The notes under the pieces were generated by a model, which saw only the letters and a list, made by a program, of their open reading frames with translations, was not told the DNA's origin and did not search any database. A program made the position numbers and the translations under genes. DNA of 62,357 nt, the filler included. It is 5 parts of 5 records of this genome, joined end to end, with 100 filler letters (N's around TTAATTAATTAA, not from the genome) between each part and the next. Parts side by side here need not be neighbours in the genome. Positions count along the whole stretch, not along the records: positions 1 to 20,037 come from DRR723986_25491; 4 more parts are not named here. One strand, 5' to 3'. Shown here piece after piece: positions 1 through 10,942 of the stretch. The stretch's first letter is position 1; every line of letters starts with the position of its first letter.

Positions 1-1
1 C

Positions 2-466
2 AAGATCAAGTACGCCTGCGCCCTGACCCAGCTGGCTGGCCCGGACGAGACGATCAAGGTGCCCAGTGTGGGCGACCGCCCGCCGCGTGACCTGTCACGG
101 CAGTCGCTGGCCGAGGTGGTTGAACCTCGCTACGACGAGCTGTTCACCCTGGTGCAGGCTGAATTGCGCCGCAGCGGCTTCGAGGACATGGTGCCCGCCG
201 GCGTGGTGCTCACCGGAGGGACCTCGAAGATGGAAGGGGTGGTCGAGCTGGCGGAGGAAATCTTTCACATGCCGGTGCGGGTGGGCTACCCGCAGAGCAT
301 CCAGGGTCTTACCGATATCGTGCGCAACCCGATCTATGCCACCGGCGTGGGCCTGCTGCAGTACGGCGTGGAAAACATTGAGGAGGGTCGCCCGGCGGCC
401 CGGTCAGCAGGCAGCGGCGAAGGCTGGTTCAGCCGGGCGCGGGCCTGGGTTCAGAGCAATTTTTAG
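2..466 (+). CDS. ftsA: Cell division protein FtsA, C-terminal part (5' truncated by window edge)
   Basis: Frame open from base 2 (KIKYACAL...); motifs GVVLTGGTSKMEG and NPIYATGVGLL; immediately upstream of ftsZ. Confidence 0.96.
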   Translation, partial: KIKYACALTQLAGPDETIKVPSVGDRPPRDLSRQSLAEVVEPRYDELFTLVQAELRRSGFEDMVPAGVVLTGGTSKMEGVVELAEEIFHMPVRVGYPQSIQGLTDIVRNPIYATGVGLLQYGVENIEEGRPAARSAGSGEGWFSRARAWVQSNF

Positions 467-523
467 CGGTAGCTACAAGCGTCGCGCGCAAGTGCGGCAT
501 TTCAATAAAAGGGGAGAAACACC

Positions 524-1702
524 ATGTTTGAATTGATCGATAACGTACCTGAAAACGCGGTAATCAAGGTGATCGGTGTTGGTGGCGGCGGCGGTAATGC
601 CGTCAAGCACATGATCGCGAATCATGTCGAAGGGGTGGATTTTATCTGCGCCAATACCGACGCCCAGGCCCTCTCGGACATTGAGTCCCGGACGGTGCTG
701 CAGTTGGGCGGGCACATCACCAAGGGCCTCGGTGCCGGCGCCAACCCGGAAATCGGGCGCGCAGCAGCGATGGAAGACCGGGAGCGGATCGCCGATACAC
801 TGAATGGCGCTGACATGGTCTTTATTACTGCCGGCATGGGCGGCGGAACCGGCACCGGCGGCGCGCCGGTGGTGGCTGAAGTGGCGCGCGAGATGGGTAT
901 TCTGACTGTCGCGGTAGTTACCCGGCCGTTCCCTTTTGAGGGCAAAAAGCGGCTGGCAATCGCCCAGGAAGGGGTCAGGGAACTTCAGCAGCACGTTGAC
1001 TCTCTAATCACCATTCCGAACGAAAAACTGCTGGAGGTTTTGGGGAAAAATACCAGTCTGCTGGATGCCTTTAAAGAGGCCAATGATGTATTGTTGGGCG
1101 CAGTTCAGGGGATTGCCGACCTGATTATTCGTCCAGGAATGATCAATGTGGACTTCGCGGACGTAAGAACCGTGATGTCCGAAATGGGCATGGCAATGAT
1201 GGGCACCGGCAGTGCCAAGGGCGAGAACAGGGCCCGCGAAGCTGCTGAAAGAGCAATAAACAGCCCCCTGCTGGACGATATAGATTTACGGGGTGCACGC
1301 GGTATTCTGGTGAATATCACCGCGGGCCTTGATCTGTCGCTCGGCGAGTTTTCCGAAGTTGGCGACACGATCGAGGAATTTGCCTCCGAAAACGCGACAG
1401 TTGTGGTAGGGACAGTCATCGATCCGGAGATGACCGACGAGCTCAAGGTGACGGTTGTTGCCACCGGGCTCGGCAGTGAGGCGGCTCGCGCGCCGTTGCA
1501 GGTGGTAGAGACACCCACCCGGCAGCAGCCTGTAGAAGACGACCTTGCAGAGGCGCCGGATTATAGGAAATACGATACCCCCCCGACTCGCCGCCAGCGT
1601 GGTCGAGCAGTAGCGGGGAATCAGGCCGCAGCTGTTTCAGTTGAAGCCGGCGGTGAGGAATATTTCGATATTCCCGCTTTTCTGCGCCGCCAAGCTGACT
1701 GA
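524..1702 (+). CDS. ftsZ: Cell division GTPase FtsZ
   Basis: [14 protein letters not shown], tubulin signature [13 protein letters not shown]-terminal [20 protein letters not shown] upstream. Confidence 0.99.
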   Translation: MFELIDNVPENAVIKVIGVGGGGGNAVKHMIANHVEGVDFICANTDAQALSDIESRTVLQLGGHITKGLGAGANPEIGRAAAMEDRERIADTLNGADMVFITAGMGGGTGTGGAPVVAEVAREMGILTVAVVTRPFPFEGKKRLAIAQEGVRELQQHVDSLITIPNEKLLEVLGKNTSLLDAFKEANDVLLGAVQGIADLIIRPGMINVDFADVRTVMSEMGMAMMGTGSAKGENRAREAAERAINSPLLDDIDLRGARGILVNITAGLDLSLGEFSEVGDTIEEFASENATVVVGTVIDPEMTDELKVTVVATGLGSEAARAPLQVVETPTRQQPVEDDLAEAPDYRKYDTPPTRRQRGRAVAGNQAAAVSVEAGGEEYFDIPAFLRRQAD

Positions 1703-1776
1703 AGGGTCGCCACCGGGTTGTGTCCCGGCGGTGGCCTTTGGCTTGCCGGCAGGGCACAGGAAACGGTGAGAGAGCT

Positions 1777-2691
1777 ATGATTCGACAGCGAACTTTGCGC
1801 AACGCCATCAAGGCGACGGGCGTCGGCCTGCACACCGGTGACAAGGTATATCTCACCCTGGCACCGGCCCCGGTGAACACGGGTATCGTGTTCCGTCGTG
1901 TGGACCTCAACCCGGTGGTGGAAATACCTGCCCGGGCGGAAAACGTTGGCGACACCACGCTCTCAACCAGTCTCGTCGTTGATGGCGAGCGCGTTTCCAC
2001 GGTGGAACATCTGCTGTCGGCGATGGCGGGTCTTGGTATCGACAATGCATTTGTCGATGTCAGTGCCCCCGAAGTGCCGATCATGGATGGCAGTGCGGGG
2101 CCCTTTGTGTTCCTGATCCAGTCCGCTGGTATCGAGGAACAGAATGCGCCCAAGAAGTTTATTCGCATCAAACGCCCGGTCACGGTAGAAGACGGAGACA
2201 AGGTAGCCAGCTTCCTCCCCTTTGATGGCTTCAAGGTCTCCTTCACTATCGATTTTGACCACCCCGTTTTCCGCGATCGCACTGCCCACGCAGAGGTCGA
2301 CTTTTCCAGCACCTCCTTCGTCAAGGAAATCAGTCGCGCCCGTACCTTTGGATTCATGCATGAGATCGAATACCTCCGCTCCAAGGGCCTGGCCCGGGGC
2401 GGCAGTGTCGACAACGCCATCGTGGTTGATGAATATCGCATCCTTAACCAGGATGGTCTGCGTTACGACGATGAATTCGTGAAACACAAGGTGCTGGACG
2501 CCATTGGTGACCTGTATCTGCTGGGCAACAGCCTGATTGGCGAGTTTCGTGCGCATAAGTCGGGTCATGCCCTTAACAACGCGTCCCTGCGGGCCCTTAT
2601 TGCCCAACCCGACGCCTGGGAAATGGTGACTTTCGAAGACGAGGCCACCGCCCCCATTTCCTACTCCACGAGCCCGGTTCCAGCGACCTGA
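1777..2691 (+). CDS. lpxC: UDP-3-O-acyl-N-acetylglucosamine deacetylase
   Basis: Start reassigned to ATG 1777 (MIRQRTL); [18 protein letters not shown] and SGHALN zinc/catalytic motifs; follows ftsZ. Confidence 0.98.
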   Translation: MIRQRTLRNAIKATGVGLHTGDKVYLTLAPAPVNTGIVFRRVDLNPVVEIPARAENVGDTTLSTSLVVDGERVSTVEHLLSAMAGLGIDNAFVDVSAPEVPIMDGSAGPFVFLIQSAGIEEQNAPKKFIRIKRPVTVEDGDKVASFLPFDGFKVSFTIDFDHPVFRDRTAHAEVDFSSTSFVKEISRARTFGFMHEIEYLRSKGLARGGSVDNAIVVDEYRILNQDGLRYDDEFVKHKVLDAIGDLYLLGNSLIGEFRAHKSGHALNNASLRALIAQPDAWEMVTFEDEATAPISYSTSPVPAT

Positions 2692-2777
2692 TTTGCCCGC
2701 GTCTGACGGGTATAAGCGTGGCGTTCGATAGGTCTTTGTGGCATAGTTCGCTGCCGTTCGACAGCGCGTGACTGCAA

Positions 2778-3707
2778 ATGAAAGTCATTCTCATTAACCG
2801 CAAACACGGCGGCTCCCGAGCCATTGAACTCGGGCGCTGGTCGCGAGCCCTGCTCTCCCTGTGCTGCCTTGGGCTGCCTCTGGGTGCGCTTGCCGTGGGC
2901 TATGTCGCGGGAATGGACAGTGAGGCGCGGTCCGTGCGCGGTGCGTCCCTGGACGCCATGCAGGATGAGATGGAGCAGCAGGCCACCGAGCTGGCCACAC
3001 TGCGCAGTGAGGCCCAGCGCAAATTACAGGCCATGACCCTCAGCCTGGCCGAGATGCAGGCGCGGATGACCCGTCTGGATGCCCTCGGTGAGCACCTCAC
3101 CGCGATGGCCGATCTGGAAGGCGGTGAATTCGATTTCAGTCAGCCACCGGCCCTCGGTGGTCCGATCGGCGGCGAGTTTAACGTCGACTTCAGCAGTTTC
3201 GATCTCACCACGGAAATTGACAGCTTCGGTCGCCAGTTGACCGATCGCGAGCAGCAGCTTGACGTCCTTGAATCCCTGCTCAGCAACCGCAAGCTCGATG
3301 AGCAGGCCTGGCTCTCAGGCCGGCCGGTAGAAAAAGGCTGGGTTTCTTCGCCCTTCGGCATGCGTAACGACCCCTTCACCGGCAAACCGGCCATGCATGA
3401 TGGCGTCGACTTTGCGGGTAAGGAAGGCGCCAATGTGATCGCGGTAGCCGGCGGCGTGGTGACCTACACCGGCGAGCGCTCCGGCTATGGCGAAATGGTC
3501 GAAGTGTCCCACGGTGACGGATTTGTCACCCGCTACGCCCACAATAAGCACAACCTGGTAGAGCCCGGCGACGTGGTGCGCAAGGGTGAGCCGATAGCCA
3601 TCATGGGATCCAGTGGCCGCTCCACCGGCGCCCACGTCCACTTCGAAGTCTACAAGCACGGCCGCCCGGTCGACCCCTCGAGCTACGTGCGTCGCACCCG
3701 GCGCTGA
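2778..3707 (+). CDS. M23 family (LytM-like) metallopeptidase with N-terminal TM segment and coiled coil
   Basis: HDGVD and HVH zinc motifs, TRYAHN, GSSGRSTG; usual position upstream of secA in gammaproteobacteria. Confidence 0.93.
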   Translation: MKVILINRKHGGSRAIELGRWSRALLSLCCLGLPLGALAVGYVAGMDSEARSVRGASLDAMQDEMEQQATELATLRSEAQRKLQAMTLSLAEMQARMTRLDALGEHLTAMADLEGGEFDFSQPPALGGPIGGEFNVDFSSFDLTTEIDSFGRQLTDREQQLDVLESLLSNRKLDEQAWLSGRPVEKGWVSSPFGMRNDPFTGKPAMHDGVDFAGKEGANVIAVAGGVVTYTGERSGYGEMVEVSHGDGFVTRYAHNKHNLVEPGDVVRKGEPIAIMGSSGRSTGAHVHFEVYKHGRPVDPSSYVRRTRR

Positions 3708-3785
3708 ACCTCACCTGAGACCCCATAGAATCGCCCGGCGGACAGCTTGCCCGGCGGAACACTCCTATTTCAGGTAGATAACTAG

Positions 3786-6500
3786 ATGATCGGTAACACG
3801 TTAAGGAAAGTCTTTGGCACCCGCAATGATCGCGAGCTGAAGCGCATGGGCAAGGTGGTCAAGAAGATCAATGCCCTGGAAGAGGGGCTGCAGGCCCTGT
3901 CCAACGAAGAGCTCGCGGGCAAGTCGGCGGAGTTCCGCGCGCGCCTGGAGCAAGGCGAGTCCCTGGATGCATTGCTGCCGGAGGCTTTCGCCGTCGTGCG
4001 TGAAGCCGGCCAGCGCACCCTGGGGATGCGTCATTTCGACGTGCAGATGATCGGTGGCATGGCCCTGCATGAGGGCAAAATTGCTGAAATGCGCACCGGT
4101 GAAGGTAAAACCCTGGTGGCGACCCTGCCCGCCTACCTGAACGCGCTCACCGGGAACAGTGTCCACCTGATCACGGTCAACGATTACCTCGCAGGCCGGG
4201 ATGCCAGCTGGATGGGACCGCTGTACAACTTCCTTGGGATGACCGTGGGCGTGGTGCGGTCTGGTCAGCTGCCGGACCAGAAACGCGCGGCCTATGGCGC
4301 GGACATTATTTACGGCACCAACAACGAGTTCGGCTTCGATTACCTGCGGGACAACATGGCCTTCGCCCTTGAAGACCGACTGCAGGGTGAGCTCGCCTTT
4401 GCCATTGTCGACGAGGTGGACTCCATCCTGATTGACGAGGCGCGCACGCCGCTGATTATCTCCGGCGCGACCGAGGACAGTTCTGAACTGTACAAGCGCA
4501 TCAATAAATTGATTCCTTCACTCAAGCTCGACACCGAGGGCGAGTCCGGTCATTACACCCTGGATGAAAAGCAGCGCCAGGTTGAGCTCACCGAGGAGGG
4601 TCACGAGCACATCGAGCAGCTGCTGGTGCGCGAGAAACTGCTGGAAGAAGGCGACAGCCTGTACGCGGCCACCAACCTGAACCTGTTGCATCACGTCTAC
4701 TCAGGCCTGCGCGCCCACGCGATGTTCCACCGGGATGTCGAGTACATCGTGCAGGACGGACAGGTGGTGCTGATCGACGAGCACACCGGGCGCACCATGC
4801 CCGGCCGCCGCCTCTCGGAAGGCCTGCACCAGGCCATCGAAGCGAAGGAAGGGGTCAATATCCAGAGCGAGAGCCAGACCCTGGCATCGACCACCTTCCA
4901 GAACTACTTCCGTCTGTACAACAAATTGTCGGGCATGACCGGTACTGCTGATACCGAGGCCTTCGAGTTTCGCCAGATCTACGGCCTGGAAGTGCTGGTT
5001 ATACCAACCAACAAGCCGATGCAGCGCAAGGATCTCAACGACCTCGTTTACCTGAGCCGCGAAGAAAAGTTCGATGCCATTGTGGCTGATGTGCAGCAGT
5101 GCATGGAGCAGGGCGCGCCGGTGCTGGTGGGTACCGCGTCGGTGGAAACCTCGGAAGAGCTGTCGGCGCGTTTTCGCAAGGCGAAGATCGAGCACAAGGT
5201 ATTGAACGCCAAGTACCACGAGCAGGAAGCCGAGATCATCGCCCAGGCGGGACGTCCCGGCGTGGTTACTATCGCGACCAATATGGCCGGTCGCGGAACC
5301 GATATCGTGCTTGGCGGTAACCTCGAGGCCGAGCTGAATAACCTCGGTGAGATCAGCGACTCCAAGCGCGATGAAGTGCGCGCAGCCTGGCAGCAGCGCC
5401 ATGACCAGGTGCTCGAGGCCGGCGGCCTGCACATTCTGGGCACCGAGCGTCACGAATCCCGGCGCATCGACAACCAGCTGCGCGGTCGTGCCGGGCGTCA
5501 GGGGGACCCTGGCCTGTCGCGGTTCTACCTGTCGCTGGAAGATAACCTCATGCGCATCTTCGCCTCCGAGCGGGTGAAGAATTTCATGCAGGCGCTGGGT
5601 ATGGAGAAGGGCGAGGCCATCGAGCACCGGATGGTTACCAATGCGATTGAAAAAGCCCAGCGCAAGGTGGAAGGGCGCAACTTCGATATCCGCAAGCAAT
5701 TGCTGGAGTACGATGATGTGGCCAACGACCAGCGCCAGATCATTTACCAGCAGCGTAACGACCTGCTGACCGAGTCGGATATCTCCGAGACCATCACTGC
5801 CATTCGCACCGATGTGGTCAGCGAGGCGATCAACAGTTTCATTCCGCCCATGAGCGTGGAGGAACAGTGGGATGTGCCCGGCCTGGAGCGCCAGCTGGAA
5901 GCGGAGTTCACCGTTACCCTGCCTTTGCAGAGCTGGCTGGACGAAGACGACAATCTGCACGAGGAAGCGCTGCGCGAAAAAATCTTGGCGGCAGTGCAGA
6001 CCGCCTACGATGAGAAGGCGGCCGCGGTCGGTCCGGACATGCGCAAGATCGAGAAGCAGATCATGCTGCAGGTACTCGATACGCTGTGGAAGGAACATCT
6101 GGCGACGATGGATCACCTGCGCCAGGGCATCCACCTGCGGGCCTACGCCCAGAAGAATCCCAAGCAGGAGTACAAGCGCGAGTCCTTCGCCCTGTTCGAG
6201 CAATTGCTGACCAGCCTGAAATACGAGGTGGTGAAGTTCCTGAGCCATGTGCAGATCCAACGCCAGGACGAAGCGGCGCTGATCGAGCAGCGCCGGCGGG
6301 AACAGGCCGAGCGCGAGAAACTGGCTTTCGAGCATGCGGCAGCGTCTGGACTGGCGCCCGAGAGCAGCCCGGAAGGCGAGCCGGGCCAGCAGGCCGCAGC
6401 TCAGCCCTTCACCCGGGAACAGCCCAAGGTGGGCCGCAACGAGCCCTGTCCCTGTGGCAGTGGTAAGAAATACAAGCAGTGCCACGGGGCACTGCAGTAA
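3786..6500 (+). CDS. secA: Preprotein translocase ATPase SecA
   Basis: MRTGEGKT Walker [32 protein letters not shown]-terminal SEC-C motif [19 protein letters not shown]. Confidence 0.99.
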   Translation: MIGNTLRKVFGTRNDRELKRMGKVVKKINALEEGLQALSNEELAGKSAEFRARLEQGESLDALLPEAFAVVREAGQRTLGMRHFDVQMIGGMALHEGKIAEMRTGEGKTLVATLPAYLNALTGNSVHLITVNDYLAGRDASWMGPLYNFLGMTVGVVRSGQLPDQKRAAYGADIIYGTNNEFGFDYLRDNMAFALEDRLQGELAFAIVDEVDSILIDEARTPLIISGATEDSSELYKRINKLIPSLKLDTEGESGHYTLDEKQRQVELTEEGHEHIEQLLVREKLLEEGDSLYAATNLNLLHHVYSGLRAHAMFHRDVEYIVQDGQVVLIDEHTGRTMPGRRLSEGLHQAIEAKEGVNIQSESQTLASTTFQNYFRLYNKLSGMTGTADTEAFEFRQIYGLEVLVIPTNKPMQRKDLNDLVYLSREEKFDAIVADVQQCMEQGAPVLVGTASVETSEELSARFRKAKIEHKVLNAKYHEQEAEIIAQAGRPGVVTIATNMAGRGTDIVLGGNLEAELNNLGEISDSKRDEVRAAWQQRHDQVLEAGGLHILGTERHESRRIDNQLRGRAGRQGDPGLSRFYLSLEDNLMRIFASERVKNFMQALGMEKGEAIEHRMVTNAIEKAQRKVEGRNFDIRKQLLEYDDVANDQRQIIYQQRNDLLTESDISETITAIRTDVVSEAINSFIPPMSVEEQWDVPGLERQLEAEFTVTLPLQSWLDEDDNLHEEALREKILAAVQTAYDEKAAAVGPDMRKIEKQIMLQVLDTLWKEHLATMDHLRQGIHLRAYAQKNPKQEYKRESFALFEQLLTSLKYEVVKFLSHVQIQRQDEAALIEQRRREQAEREKLAFEHAAASGLAPESSPEGEPGQQAAAQPFTREQPKVGRNEPCPCGSGKKYKQCHGALQ

Positions 6501-6515
6501 GCCGGACGTCGTCTT

Positions 6516-7742
6516 ATGGCCGTGGGGAAAGACAGCCTGCCCGAACTGCTCACCGTGCAAGGCATTCGCCTTGGCACGGTCGCGGCAGGGATCAAGAAAC
6601 CGGGCCGCAAGGACCTGGTGGTTATTGAAGCCTGTGAAGGAACGACCGGCGCTGCGGTGTTTACCCGCAATGCCTTCTGCGCTGCGCCGGTGACGGTAGC
6701 CCGCGATAACCTGCAGGCCTGTGCTGCCCACCCGCGTTACCTGCTGACCAATACCGGTAATGCCAATGCAGGTACCGGTTCGCAAGGCTTGGACAACGCG
6801 CGTGCCTGCACGCAAGCGCTGGCGGAAGCGGCGGGTGTATCAGCCGCCACGGTACTGCCTTTTTCGACCGGTGTGATCGGCGAGCCACTGCCCGTGGATA
6901 AAATCCGCCAGGCCATTCCCGCAGCCATTGCTGCTCTCGATCCGGCCGGCTGGGCGGATGCCGCTCAGGGCATATTGACCACCGATACCCGGCCCAAGGG
7001 CTGCTCGGTAAGCTTCGACTGTGACGGTACGTCTTACACCTTGACCGGTATCGCCAAGGGGGCGGGCATGATCCGGCCCAATATGGCAACTATGCTGGCG
7101 TACCTGGCGACCGATGCCGCGGTAACGCCGGGCGTGCTGCAAGCACTGCTCACCCATGCGGTAGAGCAGTCGTTCAACCGAATCACGGTTGATGGTGACA
7201 CCTCTACCAACGATGCCTGCGTATTGCTGGCCACTGGCGCCGCCGGCAATGCCCAGTTGGATAGCAAGGATACACCGCTGTATGCCGCGCTGGCCGAGGC
7301 GGTGGAAACTGTCTGTGTCTCTCTGGCGCAGGACCTGGTCCGGGACGGTGAGGGGGCCAGCAAGTTTGTCAGCGTGCAGGTCGAAGGTGGTCGCATTGAA
7401 CAGGAGTGCCTCGACGTCGCCTTCACCATTGCGCACTCGCCGCTGGTCAAGACGGCCCTGTTCGCCAGCGATCCCAACTGGGGTCGTTTACTCGCCGCTA
7501 TCGGTCGCGCCGGGCTGCAAGACCTCGTGGTTGAAGATGTCTCGGTCTTTCTCAACGATGTGTTAATTGCCGAAAACGGCTGTCGTGCGGCCAGCTACAC
7601 TGAGGAGCAAGGTGTGGCAGCAATGGCACCGGAAGAGATTGCGATCCGCGTTGTGCTGGGTCGAGGCGCGAGCGCGGCCACGGTCTGGACCACGGATTTT
7701 TCCTACGATTACGTCCGCATAAATGCCGAGTACCGCACCTGA
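6516..7742 (+). CDS. argJ: Bifunctional glutamate N-acetyltransferase/amino-acid acetyltransferase
   Basis: KGAGMIRPNMATML autocleavage motif, DGDTSTND, DGEGA, DPNWGR, INAEYRT end. Confidence 0.97.
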   Translation: MAVGKDSLPELLTVQGIRLGTVAAGIKKPGRKDLVVIEACEGTTGAAVFTRNAFCAAPVTVARDNLQACAAHPRYLLTNTGNANAGTGSQGLDNARACTQALAEAAGVSAATVLPFSTGVIGEPLPVDKIRQAIPAAIAALDPAGWADAAQGILTTDTRPKGCSVSFDCDGTSYTLTGIAKGAGMIRPNMATMLAYLATDAAVTPGVLQALLTHAVEQSFNRITVDGDTSTNDACVLLATGAAGNAQLDSKDTPLYAALAEAVETVCVSLAQDLVRDGEGASKFVSVQVEGGRIEQECLDVAFTIAHSPLVKTALFASDPNWGRLLAAIGRAGLQDLVVEDVSVFLNDVLIAENGCRAASYTEEQGVAAMAPEEIAIRVVLGRGASAATVWTTDFSYDYVRINAEYRT

Positions 7743-8144
7743 ATGTCGGTACTGCACGTGGCGGTCGGCGTTATCCTCGATGCCGATGACAGAATACTGA
7801 TTACCCGCAGGCACGATGATGCCCACCAGGGCGGGCTGTGGGAGTTTCCCGGTGGTAAGGTCGAGCCGGGGGAATCAGTAGCACGGGCGCTGGCCAGGGA
7901 ACTGCGGGAAGAACTGGGCATCGATATCGGGCCGGTCCGCGCGCTGACGGAAGTGCGCCATGACTACGGTGACAAAGCTGTCTGGCTGGATGTCCACGTG
8001 GTCGATACCTTCGACGGTGAGGCCCGCGGTCTGGAGGGCCAGCCATTGGCCTGGGTCAGCGCGGGGGACCTGTCGGTTTACCGCTTCCCGGCAGCGAATG
8101 TGCCGATCGTTGTCGCGGTGCTTGATTACCTGGCGGCGAAATAG
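7743..8144 (+). CDS. mutT: 8-oxo-dGTP diphosphatase (Nudix), stand-alone
   Basis: Nudix box WEFPGGKVEPGESVARALARELREELGI, FPAAN; ATG directly after the argJ stop. Confidence 0.9.
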   Translation: MSVLHVAVGVILDADDRILITRRHDDAHQGGLWEFPGGKVEPGESVARALARELREELGIDIGPVRALTEVRHDYGDKAVWLDVHVVDTFDGEARGLEGQPLAWVSAGDLSVYRFPAANVPIVVAVLDYLAAK

Positions 8145-8175
8145 GTATCGAACAAGCGGGTTCCGCCTGTGGGAT

Positions 8176-8784
8176 CTAGCTGTCGGCTGCCTCGGCCCGG
8201 GCCAGGAATTCCTTATGCAGTTCGTCCACCACCTCATCCAGCGCGATCAGCGGTTTGCTGTTGTCGATGATGATATCTGCCCGGTCCAGGCGATCCTGGC
8301 GCGCTAGCTGGGCAGCCATGATGCGCCGCACCTGCGCCTCGTCATTGGCGTCCCTGGCCATGGTACGGGCCAGCTGCAGCTCCTCCGGCACATCTACCAC
8401 CACCACCACGCTGGCGTGCTGCTTCTGGCCCGTTTCCAGCAACAGCGGTGAACTCAGGATCACATAGGGTGAGCTGGCGGCAGCCAGTTGCCGGCTGATT
8501 TCCTCCCCGATCAGCGGGTGGGTCAGTTGTTCCAGCCACTGGCGCTCTGCCGGATCGGCAAACACTTTCTGTCGCAGTGCGGCGCGATCCAAAGATCCGT
8601 CGGGCAGCAGGATGTCGGCGCCGAAGTGCCCGGCGATCGCCGCCAGCGCCGGACTGCCGGCCTCTACCACGACCCGGGCGGCGAGATCCGCATCGACCAC
8701 GGTTATGCCATGCGCCTCGAAACGCTCGGTGACGGCTGACTTGCCACTGCCAATACCGCCGGTAATACCCACAACCAGAGTCAT
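8176..8784 (-). CDS. coaE: Dephospho-CoA kinase
   Basis: GITGGIGSGKS P-loop, LDRAALR, LTHPLI; overlaps the pilD stop by 4 nt. Confidence 0.97.
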   Translation of the reverse strand: MTLVVGITGGIGSGKSAVTERFEAHGITVVDADLAARVVVEAGSPALAAIAGHFGADILLPDGSLDRAALRQKVFADPAERQWLEQLTHPLIGEEISRQLAAASSPYVILSSPLLLETGQKQHASVVVVVDVPEELQLARTMARDANDEAQVRRIMAAQLARQDRLDRADIIIDNSKPLIALDEVVDELHKEFLARAEAADS

Positions 8785-9650
8785 GTGCTGATACCTGTGG
8801 CGCCAAGGTAGCGCGCCATCAGCGCATCACCCCAGAGCAGGTAGATCCAGCCGGCCGCCGCGAGGTAGGGGCCGAAGGGAATCGGTATCTCCCGGCCGCG
8901 TTGCTTGATAATCATCAGCGCGATGCCCACTACCGCGCCGACCAGCGAGGACAGCAGGATGATAAGCGGCAGCGCCTGCCAGCCCAGCCAGGCGCCCAGC
9001 GCTGCCAGCAGCTTGAAGTCGCCGTAGCCCATGCCCTCCTTGCCGGTGAGCAGTTTGAAGGCCCAGTACACCGACCACAGGATCAGGTAGCCCAATACCG
9101 CGCCCAGCACCGCCTGCTCCAGCGTGACAAAGGTGCCGTTGATATTGATGACCAGGCCCAGCCACAGCAGTGGCAGGGTAATGTCGTCCGGCAGCAGCTG
9201 ATGGTCCACATCGATCATGGTCAGGGCGATCAGCGCCCAGGTAAGGAACAGGGCCCCGAGCAGCGCGAGCGAGGCGCCGAAGTGATAGCCCAGCGCGACC
9301 GTCATCAGGCTGGTGACCAGTTCAATGATGGGATAGCGTGGCGAAATGCGGACGCCACAATTGGCGCACTTGCCGCCCAGCAGCAGGTAGCTGATAACCG
9401 GGACATTCTGCCAGGGCCGCACTGGCGCCTTGCAGGACGGGCAATGGGAATTGGGTACGGAGAGCGTCAGGCGTTCGGCGGGCTTCTCCGGCTCCACCTC
9501 AAGCAGCTCACAGCAGTCCTGACGCCAGCGCGATTCCATCATCAGCGGCAGGCGGTAGATAACCACGTTGAGAAAGCTGCCCACCACCAGGCCAAGAGGC
9601 AGCAGGCAGGCATACAGGTACCAGGGATGCTGGCTGAAGATGTCCAGCAT
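8781..9650 (-). CDS. pilD: Type IV prepilin peptidase/N-methyltransferase
   Basis: GSFLNVVIYRLP, two CxxC pairs, GMGYGDFKL, IPFGPYLA. Confidence 0.97.
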   Translation of the reverse strand: MLDIFSQHPWYLYACLLPLGLVVGSFLNVVIYRLPLMMESRWRQDCCELLEVEPEKPAERLTLSVPNSHCPSCKAPVRPWQNVPVISYLLLGGKCANCGVRISPRYPIIELVTSLMTVALGYHFGASLALLGALFLTWALIALTMIDVDHQLLPDDITLPLLWLGLVININGTFVTLEQAVLGAVLGYLILWSVYWAFKLLTGKEGMGYGDFKLLAALGAWLGWQALPLIILLSSLVGAVVGIALMIIKQRGREIPIPFGPYLAAAGWIYLLWGDALMARYLGATGIST

Positions 9651-9691
9651 TCAGTGGTGGTCCTGTGCCTGCGGGTATGTGCGTAGTCTGG

Positions 9692-10912
9692 TCAGATGAC
9701 CGAACCGAGCATGAAGATGGGCAGGTACATGGCAATCATCATGCCGCCTACAAGGATACCCAGGATCGACATGATCATGGGTTCCATCAGCGAGCTGAGG
9801 CTGTCAACAGCGTTGTCCACGGCTTCTTCATAGTGATTGGCCACCTTGTCCAGCATCTCATCCAGTGAGCCGGACTCCTCTCCGATGGACACCATTTGCA
9901 GCAGCATGTTGGGAAACAGGCCGGTGGACTTGGTAGACTGGTAAAGTGTGGTACCTGTTGTTACATCGTCTCTTATCTGTCGAATACCCTTCGCATAAAC
10001 CGAGTTGCCTGCGGCTCCGGCAGTGGATTCCAATGCTTCCACGAGTGGCACACCAGCTGCGAAAGTTGTAGCAAGTGTTCGGCTGAATCGTGCGACCACC
10101 GCATCGTGAACGATAGTTCCGACGATAGGCATTTTGAGCGCTAGCTGGTCTAGCCACTCAGAGAAACGAACGGATCGGTGTTTCGCTTCTCGGAACGCAA
10201 AGATTGTTGCAAAAATTCCAAGTAAAATGACGAACCACCACTCCTGAGCAAACTCAGACAAACCAACTACAAATAGCGTAAAAGCAGGCAGATCGGAGCC
10301 AAAATTCTGGAAAGTCTCTGCAAATGTTGGGATAACTTTGACCAGCAAGATGCCAGCCACGATAGCGGCTACCACTATGACTGCAGTCGGATAGGTCAGT
10401 GCTTTGCGGATTTTTGCTTTTAGTTGCTCTGTCTTTTCAAGATAAGTCGCTACACGATCCAGCATCACCTCTAGTGTTCCAGATTGCTCGCCTGAAGCCA
10501 CCAGGCTGCAGAAAAGATCATCGAAGTGGCGCGGATATTTCGCGAGAGAAGGCGCCAGACCGCTACCAGAGGCCACATCATTCTTGATGCTGGTGACCAT
10601 GTCGCGCATTTTGGGCTTTTCCAGACCGTCGGCGACGATATCAAAGCTCTGCACCAGTGGCACACCGGCTTTCATCATGGTGGCGAGCTGACGGGTAAAT
10701 ATTGCGATGTCGGCAGGCTTGATGGGCTTACCACTGCCGCTGAAAAGTGGCTTGGCTTTTTTGCGGACCGTGGTCGGCTTGATTCCCTGCCGACGCAGCT
10801 GTGCCCTGGCAACCGCCTGGCTGCTTGCCGTTAGCTCCCCCTTGGATTTGCGGCCGTTTTTATCGGTGCCGCTCCAGGTAAAAGTGTCTCCCCGTGCTGT
10901 AGATGTTGCCAT
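9692..10912 (-). CDS. pilC: Type IV pilus inner-membrane platform protein
   Basis: FTRQLATMMKAGVPLVQ, GEQSGTL, GEESGSLDEML, MYLPIF; between pilB and pilD. Confidence 0.96.
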   Translation of the reverse strand: MATSTARGDTFTWSGTDKNGRKSKGELTASSQAVARAQLRRQGIKPTTVRKKAKPLFSGSGKPIKPADIAIFTRQLATMMKAGVPLVQSFDIVADGLEKPKMRDMVTSIKNDVASGSGLAPSLAKYPRHFDDLFCSLVASGEQSGTLEVMLDRVATYLEKTEQLKAKIRKALTYPTAVIVVAAIVAGILLVKVIPTFAETFQNFGSDLPAFTLFVVGLSEFAQEWWFVILLGIFATIFAFREAKHRSVRFSEWLDQLALKMPIVGTIVHDAVVARFSRTLATTFAAGVPLVEALESTAGAAGNSVYAKGIRQIRDDVTTGTTLYQSTKSTGLFPNMLLQMVSIGEESGSLDEMLDKVANHYEEAVDNAVDSLSSLMEPMIMSILGILVGGMMIAMYLPIFMLGSVI

Positions 10913-10942
10913 ACTGCTTCCCGCCTCTATGACATATTAGCT

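Noticed and set aside
3703-3728. Sigma32-like promoter upstream of secA (CTGAAC...CCCCATAG)
   Set aside because: The -10 box fits, but the -35 is imperfect and the spacer (11-12 nt) is shorter than expected
4701-6815. 704-aa antisense ORF over secA/argJ
   Set aside because: Shadow ORF typical of high-GC codon bias; no recognisable motifs
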